64,000 nt of DNA from a virus: positions 1 through 64,000 of IMG/VR virus record IMGVR_UViG_3300031521_000030, one strand, 5' to 3'. Every line of letters starts with the position of its first letter. Positions within the stretch are counted from its first letter, which is position 1. The notes under the pieces were generated by a model that was not told the DNA's origin, did not search any database, and saw nothing but the letters and a program-made list of their open reading frames with translations. Shown one piece after another: positions 18,302 to 29,715 of the stretch. The translations under genes were made by a program, and so were the position numbers.

Positions 18302-19801
18302 ATGAGCGAACAACCAGAAGTGCAACAAGTTGCACCCGCAGAAAGCAACAAGGGCCGTCTGACATGGGTGGCCGGGGATAAACCCGTCGAATCACTGGAC
18401 CCGGTTAGCCAAAAGATTCTGGCGGCCAGCGCCGATGGGATGAATGGCACAAGCATCTTTGACCCGGTGCTTTGTGAACTCTCTTACCGTTGGTATTGCC
18501 CGCCGGGCGGCAAGGTCCTTGATTGCTTTGCGGGGGGCAGCGTTCGCGGCATTGTTGCTGGCGTGCTTGGCTACCAATACACCGGGGTCGATCTCCGGGA
18601 GGACCAAGTTGCGGCAAACACCCAACAGGCCGAAGAGATTTTCAACCGACTGGCCAGCCTCCCAAGTGTGGACGCCATCCAAAACACAAGTGGTTTGCGG
18701 GAAGTAAGGATCAGTTCGGCTATGGCCCGGCTTCCTTTCAATGGGTGTGATCCCGAGTATATCCGCACAACCTGCCACGCCTCATGCTGCCAAAGCAGCA
18801 CAAGCCCAACGGGCACAATCATTACCGTCCACCCAACGGAGGAACCCGCCATTGCTGCTCGGGGCGGTGTGGTTTTGGCCGGTTTGCTGCAACCCCGCGC
18901 TGGGGAGAAGAGGTGCCCCTTTAAGAACGAGGTGAACCTTTGTGGAATCCACTTCACACCCGATAAACCCTTTGGCTGCATCGCCTCCCCGTTCACACTC
19001 AACTCCAATGGAACCCTTATCGTAAGGAACCGTTACAAGTCCCTGAAATGCTACAACCAAGGCCCACAACTTCCGGCCTATGTTGCCTTCCGGGCATCCC
19101 TTGACCTCATCTTTGGGGCCACCGAATCAGCCCGGATTTGCGAGCATTTGGAAGCTGGCGGGGGGGACCTCACCGCCTATGTCAGCGATGCCAACTATGC
19201 AAAACTGGTGGATAATGATGCCATCAAGCACGGCGTTGTTCCGGGCTCCCAACCCGCCCCACAAAAGGGCACGCAACCCCCCGCTGTCATCCCTCATTGG
19301 GTTGCTGGGGATAGTTTGAATATCGAAACGGTTGCACCGGGGGAATACGACTTCCTCTTTAGCTGCCCGCCCTATGCGGACCTCGAAGTTTATAGCGAAG
19401 ATGCAAGGGACCTGAGTGCCATTGCAGCGGAGAACTATGATGCCTTCCGGGTTGCCTATAAGGGCATCATCGCGGCCAGTTGCCGGATGCTCAAGCCGGA
19501 CTCCTTTGCATGCTTTGTCATTGGGGAAGTCCGACGCAAGGACGGCTCCTACTACAACTTTGTGGGTGATACGGTCAATGCCTTTGTGGAGGCCGGGCTA
19601 TCCTATTACAACGAGTCCATCCTTGTTACTTCACTCGGCTCCTTGCCGGTGCGGGCGGGGCGGCAGTTTGCCGGGGGCCGGAAGATCGGCAAGACCCACC
19701 AAAACGTCCTCGTCTTCTTGAAAGGCGATTGGCACCGGGCGGTTGCAAAACTTGGCAGCGATTGCCAATTTGGCGAGATGCCCGCCGGAGCAGAGATTTA
19801 A
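18302..19801 (+). CDS. DNA amino-methyltransferase (N6A/N4C) with inserted Cys-rich domain
   Basis: SIFDPVLCE, motif I DCFAGGS, motif IV SCPPY. Confidence 0.85.
   Translation: MSEQPEVQQVAPAESNKGRLTWVAGDKPVESLDPVSQKILAASADGMNGTSIFDPVLCELSYRWYCPPGGKVLDCFAGGSVRGIVAGVLGYQYTGVDLREDQVAANTQQAEEIFNRLASLPSVDAIQNTSGLREVRISSAMARLPFNGCDPEYIRTTCHASCCQSSTSPTGTIITVHPTEEPAIAARGGVVLAGLLQPRAGEKRCPFKNEVNLCGIHFTPDKPFGCIASPFTLNSNGTLIVRNRYKSLKCYNQGPQLPAYVAFRASLDLIFGATESARICEHLEAGGGDLTAYVSDANYAKLVDNDAIKHGVVPGSQPAPQKGTQPPAVIPHWVAGDSLNIETVAPGEYDFLFSCPPYADLEVYSEDARDLSAIAAENYDAFRVAYKGIIAASCRMLKPDSFACFVIGEVRRKDGSYYNFVGDTVNAFVEAGLSYYNESILVTSLGSLPVRAGRQFAGGRKIGKTHQNVLVFLKGDWHRAVAKLGSDCQFGEMPAGAEI
18321..18334. repeat. 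14-bp palindrome, site 6
   Basis: In methyltransferase CDS. Confidence 0.9.
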
Positions 19802-19813
19802 GGAATAGACGCC

Positions 19814-20350
19814 ATGACCACTCCCGTTACAGCCCGCACACGCTCCCGCATAAGGGACATCGACCTTGGGGATAAACCCGAGGCCCATACCACCGCAATA
19901 TCTGATCCTCGCAAGTTGGCCGTGATCCACCAACTTGAGGAGCAACTCGGCGTGGTGAGCTATGCGTGCAAGGCGGCGAGTGTGTCCCGGCGGACCTTCT
20001 ATTATTGGGTTGCCAATGACCCGGATTTTGCCAAGGAGGTGGATGATGTCATTAACTTCCAAGTCGATTACGTTGAGCGCAAACTCTTGACCAACATCAA
20101 GGAGGGCAAGGAGAAGTCGATCATCTTTTACCTCTCCACCAAGGGGAGGCACCGGGGCTATTGCCAACGGGTTGAGGTTGGTGGCACGCCGGGCGCATTG
20201 CCCATCCCAATCGAGGCGGTCCATAAATTCCCGGATATGGCCAACGAGGTAGCCCCCACCGCCTTGGCGCGGATTATTTCCATGGTGTTCGCCCCAAAGG
20301 AGGAGGTGGAAGATGAAGCCAACGTATCCGACGAACAGCCAAGGTCTTGA
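19814..20350 (+). CDS. terS: Terminase small subunit-like HTH protein
   Basis: ACKAASVSRRTFYYW...DPDF, IIFYL..KGRHRGY; directly upstream of TerL. Confidence 0.7.
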   Translation: MTTPVTARTRSRIRDIDLGDKPEAHTTAISDPRKLAVIHQLEEQLGVVSYACKAASVSRRTFYYWVANDPDFAKEVDDVINFQVDYVERKLLTNIKEGKEKSIIFYLSTKGRHRGYCQRVEVGGTPGALPIPIEAVHKFPDMANEVAPTALARIISMVFAPKEEVEDEANVSDEQPRS

Positions 20351-21947
20351 CAACGAGTTTGGGCTAACCCCAAGCGACTATGAGGCGGGGCTCAATGCAG
20401 CCGTTACGAAGGCCCAAACGGACTTCTTGACGTTTTTCCTGCTATTCAACCCGCCGGGTGGGAAGATTGTGTTGGGGGCGCTTCATCGCTACCTCATCCA
20501 ACTCATCCAAGATGTTGTCGATGGGGTTAAAGGCAAGCGGCAATCCGTTTCCGTGCCCCCACAGCATGGCAAGAGCTATATCCTGTCAACTTATGCCATC
20601 GCATGGCTTCTCGGGCATACCCCCGGAATCCAGATTGCCATAACGGGGTTCTCCAACACCCTGCTTTACAAGTTTTCCCGCGAAATCCGCGATGTCATTA
20701 GCAGCCCCCTCTACTTGATGATCTTCCCCGGACGGAAAATCCGGGACGATTGTAACCGGATGGATGAATGGGAGCTTGAGGACGGCGGGGGCATTGTGGC
20801 CAAGTCCACGGGCACCAAGCTAACCGGGCGGCGGGTTGATTGGCTGGTTATTGATGACCCACACAGCGGGCGCGAGGAAGCGGAGAGCAAGACCTACCGG
20901 GACAAGGTAGAGAGTTGGTATTATGCCGATTGCGTTACCCGCCTTGCCCCCGATGCAACCATCTTCATCGTGGCAACCCGGTGGCACCCGGATGACCTTA
21001 TTGGCAAACTCACAAGCGAGGACAAGGTTGCCCAACTCACGGCGGACAGCGCGGAGGATGAAGTCTTTGAGGTCACCAACCTCCCGGCCATCTGTGAGGA
21101 TGCTGAGAATGACCCCCTGCACCGCAAGGTTGGGGACGCTCTATTCCCGGAGGTCCGAACCGCCAAGTTCCTCAAGGGCAAGCGGGCAACCCAACCGGAT
21201 TACGAATGGGCCTCCCAATACCAAGGGCGGCCAAAGGCGGCGGGTTCCGGGCAGGTTGACTTGACCAAAATCAAGTATATCAACCGGGAGTTCGTCCCCA
21301 TTGAGTTGGACCATGTGCGGGCTTGGGATTTGGCACTAACCGAGAAGCAGACCAGCGATTACACCGCCGGGGCTCGGATGTGTTATGACCCGGACCAAGA
21401 CAAACTTTACATCGTTGACATGTTCCGCAACCGGGGGACATGGGTTAAGAACCGCAAGATTATTTTAGACAAAGCCGAGTCGGAGATTGATGAGGGCGTG
21501 CTCCGTCTATCCATCGAAGCGGTAGCCGGGTTCCTTGCCCCAGCGCAAGACCTCCACGCCACGTTGCTAGGCAGGGTGGTTGTTCGCGCCAAGAACCCCC
21601 CAAGGGGCGGCAAGTTGGCCCGAGCCCTGCCATGGCTTAACAAGGTCGAGGCGGGCAGCGTTTACCTTGTCCGGGCTCCATGGAATAAGGACTTCCTCGC
21701 CGAGCTTGAGATGTTCCCCGAAGGCGAACACGATGACCAAATTGATGCTGTCTCCATCGGCTGGGAAACCCTTGTGGGTTCCAACCGCAACGGGACCAAG
21801 CAACCCAAACCGGGCTCCACGCGGCCCAGCGGGCGCAGCCGACAACCGGGGGGCACAGCAAGGCCAACCAGCGCCAACAACCGGCCATCCCGCCAAACCA
21901 CGCGGGAAGAGTTGGCCAATAGCCACCCGGATGAGAGCCTATTCTAG
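20313..21947 (+). CDS. terL: Terminase large subunit
   Basis: PPQHGKS, VIDDP, TRWH, YQG, AWDLA, HDDQIDA. Confidence 0.93.
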   Translation: MKPTYPTNSQGLDNEFGLTPSDYEAGLNAAVTKAQTDFLTFFLLFNPPGGKIVLGALHRYLIQLIQDVVDGVKGKRQSVSVPPQHGKSYILSTYAIAWLLGHTPGIQIAITGFSNTLLYKFSREIRDVISSPLYLMIFPGRKIRDDCNRMDEWELEDGGGIVAKSTGTKLTGRRVDWLVIDDPHSGREEAESKTYRDKVESWYYADCVTRLAPDATIFIVATRWHPDDLIGKLTSEDKVAQLTADSAEDEVFEVTNLPAICEDAENDPLHRKVGDALFPEVRTAKFLKGKRATQPDYEWASQYQGRPKAAGSGQVDLTKIKYINREFVPIELDHVRAWDLALTEKQTSDYTAGARMCYDPDQDKLYIVDMFRNRGTWVKNRKIILDKAESEIDEGVLRLSIEAVAGFLAPAQDLHATLLGRVVVRAKNPPRGGKLARALPWLNKVEAGSVYLVRAPWNKDFLAELEMFPEGEHDDQIDAVSIGWETLVGSNRNGTKQPKPGSTRPSGRSRQPGGTARPTSANNRPSRQTTREELANSHPDESLF

Positions 21948-21961
21948 TGCAACAAGTTGCA
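21948..21961. repeat. 14-bp palindrome, site 7
   Basis: Directly after the terL stop. Confidence 0.9.
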
Positions 21962-21977
21962 GCGGGGAAGAAATCGG

Positions 21978-22006
21978 TTGCCAATTAAAGGGTTAAGCGT
22001 TAGGTT
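21978..22006 (+). promoter_or_regulatory. Conserved phage promoter
   Basis: TTGCCA-17-TAGGTT. Confidence 0.8.
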
Positions 22007-22979
22007 CGGGGCAGCCATGAACTACGACCTATTTGCTACCAAAATCCCCCACCCTTCCAAGGCCGAAAAAGAGAAGCACCGGGAACAACTGATCCACGAA
22101 ATCAACAACACCCCCCTGACCAAAGACCAGAGGGATGCGGCCTTCCGGGCGGCAGCCGACAAGACGGCGGAATGGGCTAAGGACCAAATCCAACTCATCG
22201 TGGAGGATGAGGCCCGGCTCCGGTTGGAGTTCGAGGCCGCATGCGAGGAGGATAATTCCCTTGCTAACATTCCCCCAGCGGCCAAGCGGGCGGTGCATGA
22301 CTTCGCATGGCAACAAGGCGGTGGGGCTCGCCGCGATGTCCATACTTGCTACCTTGAGGTCACCGACCTTGTTCGGCAGGTTGTGGGGGCATTGGATGCC
22401 GAGGGTGGGTTGGCCTTTGCCACAACGGTTGCCCTCAACGATGCCCAAATGGAAGCCCGCATTGCCGGGGAGATTCTTGATGCTGTCAACATCCCAACCA
22501 ACGGGCCGGAGGGCGTTGGGGAGCGGGAGGAGCTAACACTCTCCCAGCGCGTCCGCATCCTAGCCGCCGGGAGGGGGCCAATGGTATGAGCCGCTCAACT
22601 GGCTATTGTCGGTTCCCGGATGGGACCATCAAATACTTCCTCTATGATGGCACCGTTAGCTACGTGCGGGCCAACCTTTATGACTCCCCGGAGGAAGCAT
22701 GGGAGCAAAAGCTCAACCTCGTCCGGGCGGCCAAAGCGGATTACAACGTGCAAGAGGTCCAACTCGCTATCGACTACGGGGATGGGATGAGTTGGGAAGC
22801 AACCGCCGACCTTGGCAAAATGCGCATCCTTGACCGCTTGCAACCCTTTGAGGAGATCGAACCCGAGCCGGGGGATTGTGGGTTTGGCTATGGGAGCGGA
22901 AGTTGCTCCATGCACACCCCGGATGATGGGTTGCCGGTTTGGGTGCAGGAAGAAATAGCAAGGCTCCGTGCGATTCCTG

Positions 22980-23008
22980 TTGCCAATGATTCGGTTAAGC
23001 CATAATGT
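22980..23008 (+). promoter_or_regulatory. Conserved phage promoter, leaderless geometry
   Basis: TTGCCA-17-TAATGT-6-ATG. Confidence 0.8.
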
Positions 23009-23457
23009 CACCCCATGAGCAAATTCGCCCTTCCTAGCCACACCAAGGTAACCCTCCCCGCCGATGTCCGGGACGCAATTCGCAATGGTTCCAACCTTGC
23101 ATACCTTTTCAATGAAACCGAGGCCGAGGAGTTCCAACTCAAAGCCTCAACGGAGTTCCAAGTCCAAGGGGCAATGCTGCGGGACAGCTTCATTAGCTGC
23201 CTTGTCATGCCTCGCGTGTTCCCCGCCGGGACAACCGCCTACGCCTTCCGGCACCCCCGCATTGGGTATTCCAAATACGTTTGGGTGGGTGATGAGCAAT
23301 ACCCCGCCAAGGGCGCGGACATCATCCATTACGGCACGGACTTCACGGTGGTCCTTGTGGTTGATCTTGGGGGCCATAAGTGCCTCGCCAATGCCTTCAA
23401 AAGCATAACCCTCCCGGTCCCCCAAGTGGTTGGGATTGCTGATTAAGCAGATTCCTG

Positions 23458-23486
23458 TTGCCAATGATTCGGTTAAGCGTTAGGTT
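23458..23486 (+). promoter_or_regulatory. Conserved phage promoter, leaderless geometry
   Basis: TTGCCA-17-TAGGTT-6-ATG. Confidence 0.8.
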
Positions 23487-23492
23487 CACACC

Positions 23493-24086
23493 ATGCAAGC
23501 AAAACAAGCCAAAACCGAAAGCCCGATCTACACCATTACGGCCACCGCCCTTGTTGGGGTTGAGGCCAGCATCAAGGAGCGCGTCGTTAGCCAACTCAAT
23601 GCCCGCCTCGCTACTATGACCAAGGCCCTTGGGGCCGTTGGGATGGATGCCAAGGCAGTTTACGACTACCCAAGTTCAACCAAAACCCCAAGCCGCACCG
23701 CCTACATCCGGGCGGTTGCCGACTATAACTTCTGCCGGTCACACTTCACCGCCCTGCCTAACCAACGCAACTGGCGCAACGAACCGATGATTGTTGCCCT
23801 CCGCGAGGACAGCGCAGCAACCATTGACAAGGAAGCGGCAGAATATGCCAAGGCGGCCACCGTTGCATTTATCCACAAGCTGACCGGCAAGATGGAAAAG
23901 CATTTGGAAGCCCACCCGGAGTTTGGGAAAGCCTTCCGCTGCGAACACCTTGGCAACATGTGGGACGGCAGCACCGTTATTTACCACACTCAAGCGGGGA
24001 TGGTCCGTTGGGCAACCCAAACGATAATCAATGTTTCGGTCCTCGGCAAACTGTTCAACCAGTTCCCCACCCGCCTCATTAAATAA
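23493..24086 (+). CDS. Hypothetical protein, leaderless geometry
   Basis: ATG 6 nt after the -10 box. Confidence 0.75.
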   Translation: MQAKQAKTESPIYTITATALVGVEASIKERVVSQLNARLATMTKALGAVGMDAKAVYDYPSSTKTPSRTAYIRAVADYNFCRSHFTALPNQRNWRNEPMIVALREDSAATIDKEAAEYAKAATVAFIHKLTGKMEKHLEAHPEFGKAFRCEHLGNMWDGSTVIYHTQAGMVRWATQTIINVSVLGKLFNQFPTRLIK

Positions 24087-24119
24087 CCAAAGCCGGGCGG
24101 GGTTCAACCCCCCGCTCGC

Positions 24120-24133
24120 TGCAACAAGTTGCA
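24120..24133. repeat. 14-bp palindrome, site 8
   Basis: Intergenic. Confidence 0.9.
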
Positions 24134-24574
24134 CTAAAATATGACTGATGACAGAGAAGCCGCCTTTGCGGCCACCGCCGATTGCTACCAAAAAGCCCTT
24201 GCCGTCATTGAGGGGCTCAAGGCCCAACTGCGGGGGGAGCATTGCACCTGCTCCGACCCGGTAAACGATGGGGATTGCCCCTCTTGCAAGGTTGCCAAAT
24301 ACCCGGAGCTTGTCAAAGAGTTGGTGGGGGCATGGAAGCAGGTGTTTGCCAACATCCCAAACGAACCGGCCTCCCCTATTGTCTACCATGTAGGCTACAC
24401 TTGGAGCGGGCTAGGCAATGGGAGCGGCAATGGCCGGTGTTCCATAACGCGCAATGACCCCATCCGGGGGACGGAGGACCTTGAGGGCATAGAGGCATCT
24501 ATCCTCGCGGGCACCAAACCCCTCCCCAAGAATGCGGTGGTCTTGGTCAACAACTGGCAGAGGTTTGAGGAAGC

Positions 24575-25105
24575 ATGAGCACCATCTATTACGCGGGCAT
24601 AGGGAGCCGGGCAACGCCCCCGGTCGTTTGGCAGGTTATGCGGGAGGCCGCATTTGAGTTCGCCCAGCTTGGTTGGGTCCTTCGCTCCGGCGGGGCGGAC
24701 GGGGCGGACAGCGCATTTGAGGCCGGTTGCGTGTTGGCACGGGGGCAAAAGGAAATCTTCCTGCCCTCCTATCGGTTCAATGGCAACCCCTCCCCCTATT
24801 ATTCCATCACACCCGAGGCCCTCACATTGGCCGAAGCGCACCACCCCAAATGGGAACGATGCACGCCGGGGGGTAAGAAGCTCCACGCCCGCAATGGCTA
24901 CCAGATTTTGGGTTTTGACCTGCATACCCCCTCAACCTTTGTCATCTGCTGGACCAAGGATGGCGGGGGTGGGGGTGGAACCGCGCAAGCCCTCCGCATT
25001 GCCTTTTCCGAAGGCATACCAATCCTTGACCTTGGGGGCATAGCGCAGGACGTTGATAGCCTCCGGGCAGCCGTCGATAGCTTCCTAACTGCCAACAACC
25101 TATGA
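24575..25105 (+). CDS. SLOG / DprA-like Rossmann-fold protein
   Basis: YAGIGSR, LRSGGADGADSAFE, GGTAQALRIA. Confidence 0.8.
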   Translation: MSTIYYAGIGSRATPPVVWQVMREAAFEFAQLGWVLRSGGADGADSAFEAGCVLARGQKEIFLPSYRFNGNPSPYYSITPEALTLAEAHHPKWERCTPGGKKLHARNGYQILGFDLHTPSTFVICWTKDGGGGGGTAQALRIAFSEGIPILDLGGIAQDVDSLRAAVDSFLTANNL

Positions 25106-25571
25106 ACCGAATGTCGCCCAACCAACGAAAAGAGTTCCTTGGGGTCCAAAACCTCAAAGCCCGCGAGATGTGCGATTGCAGCATGCGCAACCGATATGTC
25201 TGCCAATGCTCCCTCTCCCTCAACTATGCGCGGGCCATGGCCAAGCGGGTGGCCGCTGCAACGTGCAGCAATGGCAACGTCCATGCTTACCTCCGGCACC
25301 GGCTCCTTGTGGCCGCCGGGTTAGAGCAACCCATCCTCAAGCCAACCCCAAAGGGCAAGGAACCCCGCAAGGCCATCTATTGGCAGGACCTTGATGGACA
25401 AGCCGAAGTGCGAGAGGGTGAAGGCGGTTGGCTTTCCGGGGAATGCTTCGTCTACTGGACCGGCGGGGATAAGCAACTGGCCCATGACCGGCTCAAAGGC
25501 ATGGCGGCCCGCACCAAACTCCATGGCCAAATGCTGGCCCCAAAGGCCCCCCGGTGATAGCCTTTGGGTTG

Positions 25572-25916
25572 ATGAATAAAACAAAGCAAGGCGAAGTAAT
25601 TGAACTCATTCCCGCCATCTTCGAGCGAGAGGTTTTGCACTCCAAAATCCCGGTCGTTGTGGACTTTTGGGCAAGTTGGTGCGGCCCCTGCACTATGCTG
25701 GCCCCCGTCCTTGAGCAAATAGCCAAGGAGAGGGCCGGACAAATCAAAGTTTGCAAGGTGAATGTGGAGGATTGCACGGAACTCGCGGCCCAATTTGGGG
25801 TCCGCAACCTGCCAACCGTCCTCTTCTTTAACCATGGGGATGTCCAATCACAAATCGTTGGCAAGGTTTCGTGGGGGGAAATCCTCGCGGGCCTTGAATT
25901 GGAGCAGATGAAATAA
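25572..25916 (+). CDS. trxA: Thioredoxin
   Basis: VVVDFWASWCGPC, KVNVE, LPT. Confidence 0.93.
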   Translation: MNKTKQGEVIELIPAIFEREVLHSKIPVVVDFWASWCGPCTMLAPVLEQIAKERAGQIKVCKVNVEDCTELAAQFGVRNLPTVLFFNHGDVQSQIVGKVSWGEILAGLELEQMK

Positions 25917-25920
25917 ACTG

Positions 25921-25949
25921 TTGCCAATTAAAGGGTTAAACCCTAACCT
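25921..25949 (+). promoter_or_regulatory. Conserved phage promoter
   Basis: TTGCCA-17-TAACCT. Confidence 0.8.
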
Positions 25950-27262
25950 TCAACCAGTTGCGGCCATGCCGACCGTCGCATGCGATAGGCCACCGGCATG
26001 GCTTGCAGCGAACCCTTTTATGAAACCAAACTACCCGACCCTAACCATCGAACGCAGGGGCAAATTCTCCGGCCAAACCCCTAAGTGGCCCATAACCCAC
26101 GCCCAACTCCGAACGGTTGTGGTGCGTGAGATTGCCTCTGATAAGCAGCAAATCCTCTCCACCATGACCGCCGTGGAGGCGCAAAGCCTCGCCTTCCGGC
26201 TCATCTCGGAGCTTGAGGCACAGCATAAATTCATCGACAAAATCACAAAAGTCACCATGAAGGCAAACACCCTCTTGGATACGATCCTCCCCTAACCATG
26301 AACATCGGCGACATTGTTATCCCAATCCCCGGCCTTGGCGTTTTGCGCTGTGGCAGCGGGGAATACACCCACGCTATTTGCGTCTCGGTTGAGCCCTTTG
26401 TGCTTGTCTCCGAGGAGGCCGATATGCTTTGGAGCGCAACCGCAAAACTCGACCAGTTCACCCCGCTATGCCGGGCGAACGAAAAGATTGTCCAACGCTG
26501 CATCATGCGGGCGTGGTCGGATGCCAAAGTTGGCTCATGGATGCCAGCCCTTGGTTGGGGGCTCAATGTTGTGGAGGTTCCCCCGGTTGCCTGTGCGGTG
26601 CTTGACTTGGAGCGGGCGGTTAGTGCCCTTCAAAACCGGGTAAAGCTGGCCGCCGTGGCGGGCTCCGAAGCAATCCAACGTCGCAACCAAGGTATCGCCG
26701 ACATCATGGCCGAAGCAGGGGCCAACGACGAGGATGCTGCCTTTCGGATCACCAAGGCGTTGGAGCGGGCCAAGGCCGAGCGGGATGAAATCCACCGGGA
26801 GATGAACTACCTATGAGCGAGCCCCTTGAACCCGGTGGGACTTGGACTTGTGAATGTTCCAAAGCCCACACCCTTCCCGCCTATGTTTCCGCGCATTGGG
26901 AGGTCAACCTAACGCATACCTGCCCCTGCGGGCGTCGGCATAATATCAAAGCCGGGGTCATAACCTTGGTCCAAACCAAAACCAAGGGGCAACGCCCGGC
27001 AACGCCCAAACCCATCCAACCATTCCCCGGCAAATGTCAACTCGCCGATGACCTCCCCGGAAGCTATTAACCATGAAAATTCTCCGCACCATTGCAACTA
27101 TCATCCTCCTCATCTATTTGCCGGTGATGGCCTTTTACGCCTTCCACCTATGCTACCTCCATGGGCGGCATTACCTTGATGATTTCTGCTTGGGGTATGC
27201 CTTCCTCGCCATCGGTTGGTGGTTGCAGTTTGCTTGCCAAGTCAAGTTCTCCAAAGTCCCGC

Positions 27263-27276
27263 TGCAACAAGTTGCA
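27263..27276. repeat. 14-bp palindrome, site 9
   Basis: In CDS. Confidence 0.9.
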
Positions 27277-29397
27277 GAGGAATCCGTGGAGGAGGAACCC
27301 ACCAAGAAGTCGGGGGGCATCCACCCCATTGGGCGCATTGTGGCCACCTTCAATGGAGCAGACGGCCCCCTATTTACCCGAGACTTTGATGGTTGGTGGT
27401 TTGAGTGGGATGGTTGCACCCCTATGCTCACCCCCCCGGATGAGGTTATGAACAAGTGGTTAGGCCACCAACGCAAGCGGGGCTTTTTTGACATTGAGGG
27501 CACCCTTTACCCCATGGCAAACATCGTATCCATCTCAATGGAACGCACCCAAATCGAAACGGAACCCGTGGACATATAACCATGAGCACAACCGCAAAAC
27601 TCGTCCTCCATGTTGAGGTCAATTATGCAACCAACGGTGTATCAATTGATACCCTCGAACGTCGCCTCCGGTCCATGGTCCTTGAGGGGATAGGGGATGG
27701 TGCTCTAACCGGCGGCACCGAGGCCGAGATGGATAACATGTGCATGACCATCACGCGGGGCGCGGGGGATGCCCCAAAGGCCAAGCAACCCGATGCTGTC
27801 CAAAACGTAGAGCGGCTTGTCAGGGATGCCGTCCAACCCTTGGCGGGGCAACGCATAACCCCGGAGCTTCGGGCCAATGTAGTGGCCGCCACGGTTGCGG
27901 CAATAGCCCAACCCAAACTGCCCTGCCCCAACCATGCGTTCATCTCCCTTGCCGATGACCGGGTTACATGGTTTTGCCCGGATTGTGGGGAACAAGAACC
28001 CAAAGCATGATCCTCTCCGCGCACAACCGGGCACCGTGGGTTACCTCCGCAACGATCTCCGAACAAGGGGGGCGGGTTACACTCATTGTTGTGACTCAAG
28101 CCGGGGGCATCGTTGCCATGCAAACCCACCCGAGCATTCAAAAAGCCAAGAAGTATTACTCCCGCAACTATGGGGCCAAAGGCCAGAAGGTCCGATGGGT
28201 CCCGCAACTAACCGCCGAACCATGACGCATACATACGCAACCCTTGAGGTCGCCCCCGAAACCATCGCTGACCTTCGCTCCCGCCTCCTCCTCGCGGTGG
28301 GGCCGAACGAGCTTAAAAACCATTACACCCTGAACCCCGGTGACAAGGATGAGGTCACCCTCTTGCCCGGTGTTGGCCTCTATGCCAAACCGCCGGGTGG
28401 GGATGACAAGCCCTTCAACTTGGAGGCCCACTATGCCTATGAGGCTAAGGTGATCTCCCGTTGGGCCTTTAGCAATGGCTGGGCGGTTGGGGACTCCCGC
28501 ACCCTCTCGATATTCATTACGCAGAACTGCATGCCTATACCCGTCAACCCAATAGCCGAACACCTCAACGTCACCCAAACATTTACCCAATTATGATCTT
28601 CGCCATCCGAGCCCTCTATCTCCGCATCGCGGAGGCCCTTGCCTACGTCTTCCTATGCCGGGCACCGCTCCAAAAGTCCTACGACGATGCCATTGCCGAG
28701 CATGAGCGCAACGCCCGTGAGGCCCTTGAGCGTGTCATGGTCCCATGGGCCGAGAAGGAGGACCGCCTATTAAACCTCCCCCTTGATGGCCTTGCTTGTG
28801 ATGCTTATGAAAGTTATTGCGGGGCACGCCATTGGAAATCATTCAACAACCAGCCCCTCCCCCAATGGCCAGATGTCTCCGGGGACATCCGGGAGGGCTG
28901 GCGGGCGGCGGCCAATGGGATGTTCATGCGGCTAACCGGCCACACGCACCCCGATGGCATCCACCCAAGGAGCCCGGCAACCAAGGAGCCCGCTGCCTAT
29001 ACCGGCGACACGCTATGCCCCAAATGTGAGACAACCCATTGGATGCACGGCCCTTGCCCGGTGGTTGCCACCCCAACGATGCGGGGCAATAAGGAGTCGC
29101 GGGTTATCTGGGAGGGTGCCATGGCTACGGCCCCGGTATGGCCCTTGTATGTGGCGATTGGGGAGAATGGCACCATCCTGCGGCATATTGGGGAGAATGT
29201 TTACAAAAAGGATGCGGGCGAATGGTCCGTTGAGGCCGCCTTCAATGAGAAGGGGCACTTGCTGGTCCTAGAGGGGTGTGATTCCCGCCTCGCCCATTTG
29301 GTAGGGGGACGCCTCTTCCCCGCCTCGGAATGGGAATGGAGGGAGGACAATGCGGGGTATATCCCCGATGCTAAAAAGCATGAGAAGGAATAAACTG

Positions 29398-29426
29398 TTG
29401 CCAATTAAACGGTTAAACGCTAACCT
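29398..29426 (+). promoter_or_regulatory. Conserved phage promoter
   Basis: TTGCCA-17-TAACCT. Confidence 0.8.
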
Positions 29427-29701
29427 CCGAACCTAGCCCAAAAAGGCACCAAATACATGAGAGCATACATTCCAAGATTCACCGACAACAAGCACCGCGA
29501 TTTCAATGGCACAACCTATGAGAAAACAACCGGGGGCGTCGTTGTCCGCACCATGCCAAAGCCCGTGGAGTTGAAGCGGGAAATCCGCAAGATGAAAAAG
29601 GAGGGCCGGTTGGAATCCTTCGTGGCCGAGGTTGCCAAGCAACGCGAAGCCAACCAAGCCCAAAAAGCCCTTGCTCTCCCCGCCTCCCATGAATAAACCA
29701 C

Positions 29702-29715
29702 TGCAACAAGTTGCA
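29702..29715. repeat. 14-bp palindrome, site 10
   Basis: In CDS, near the start. Confidence 0.9.
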
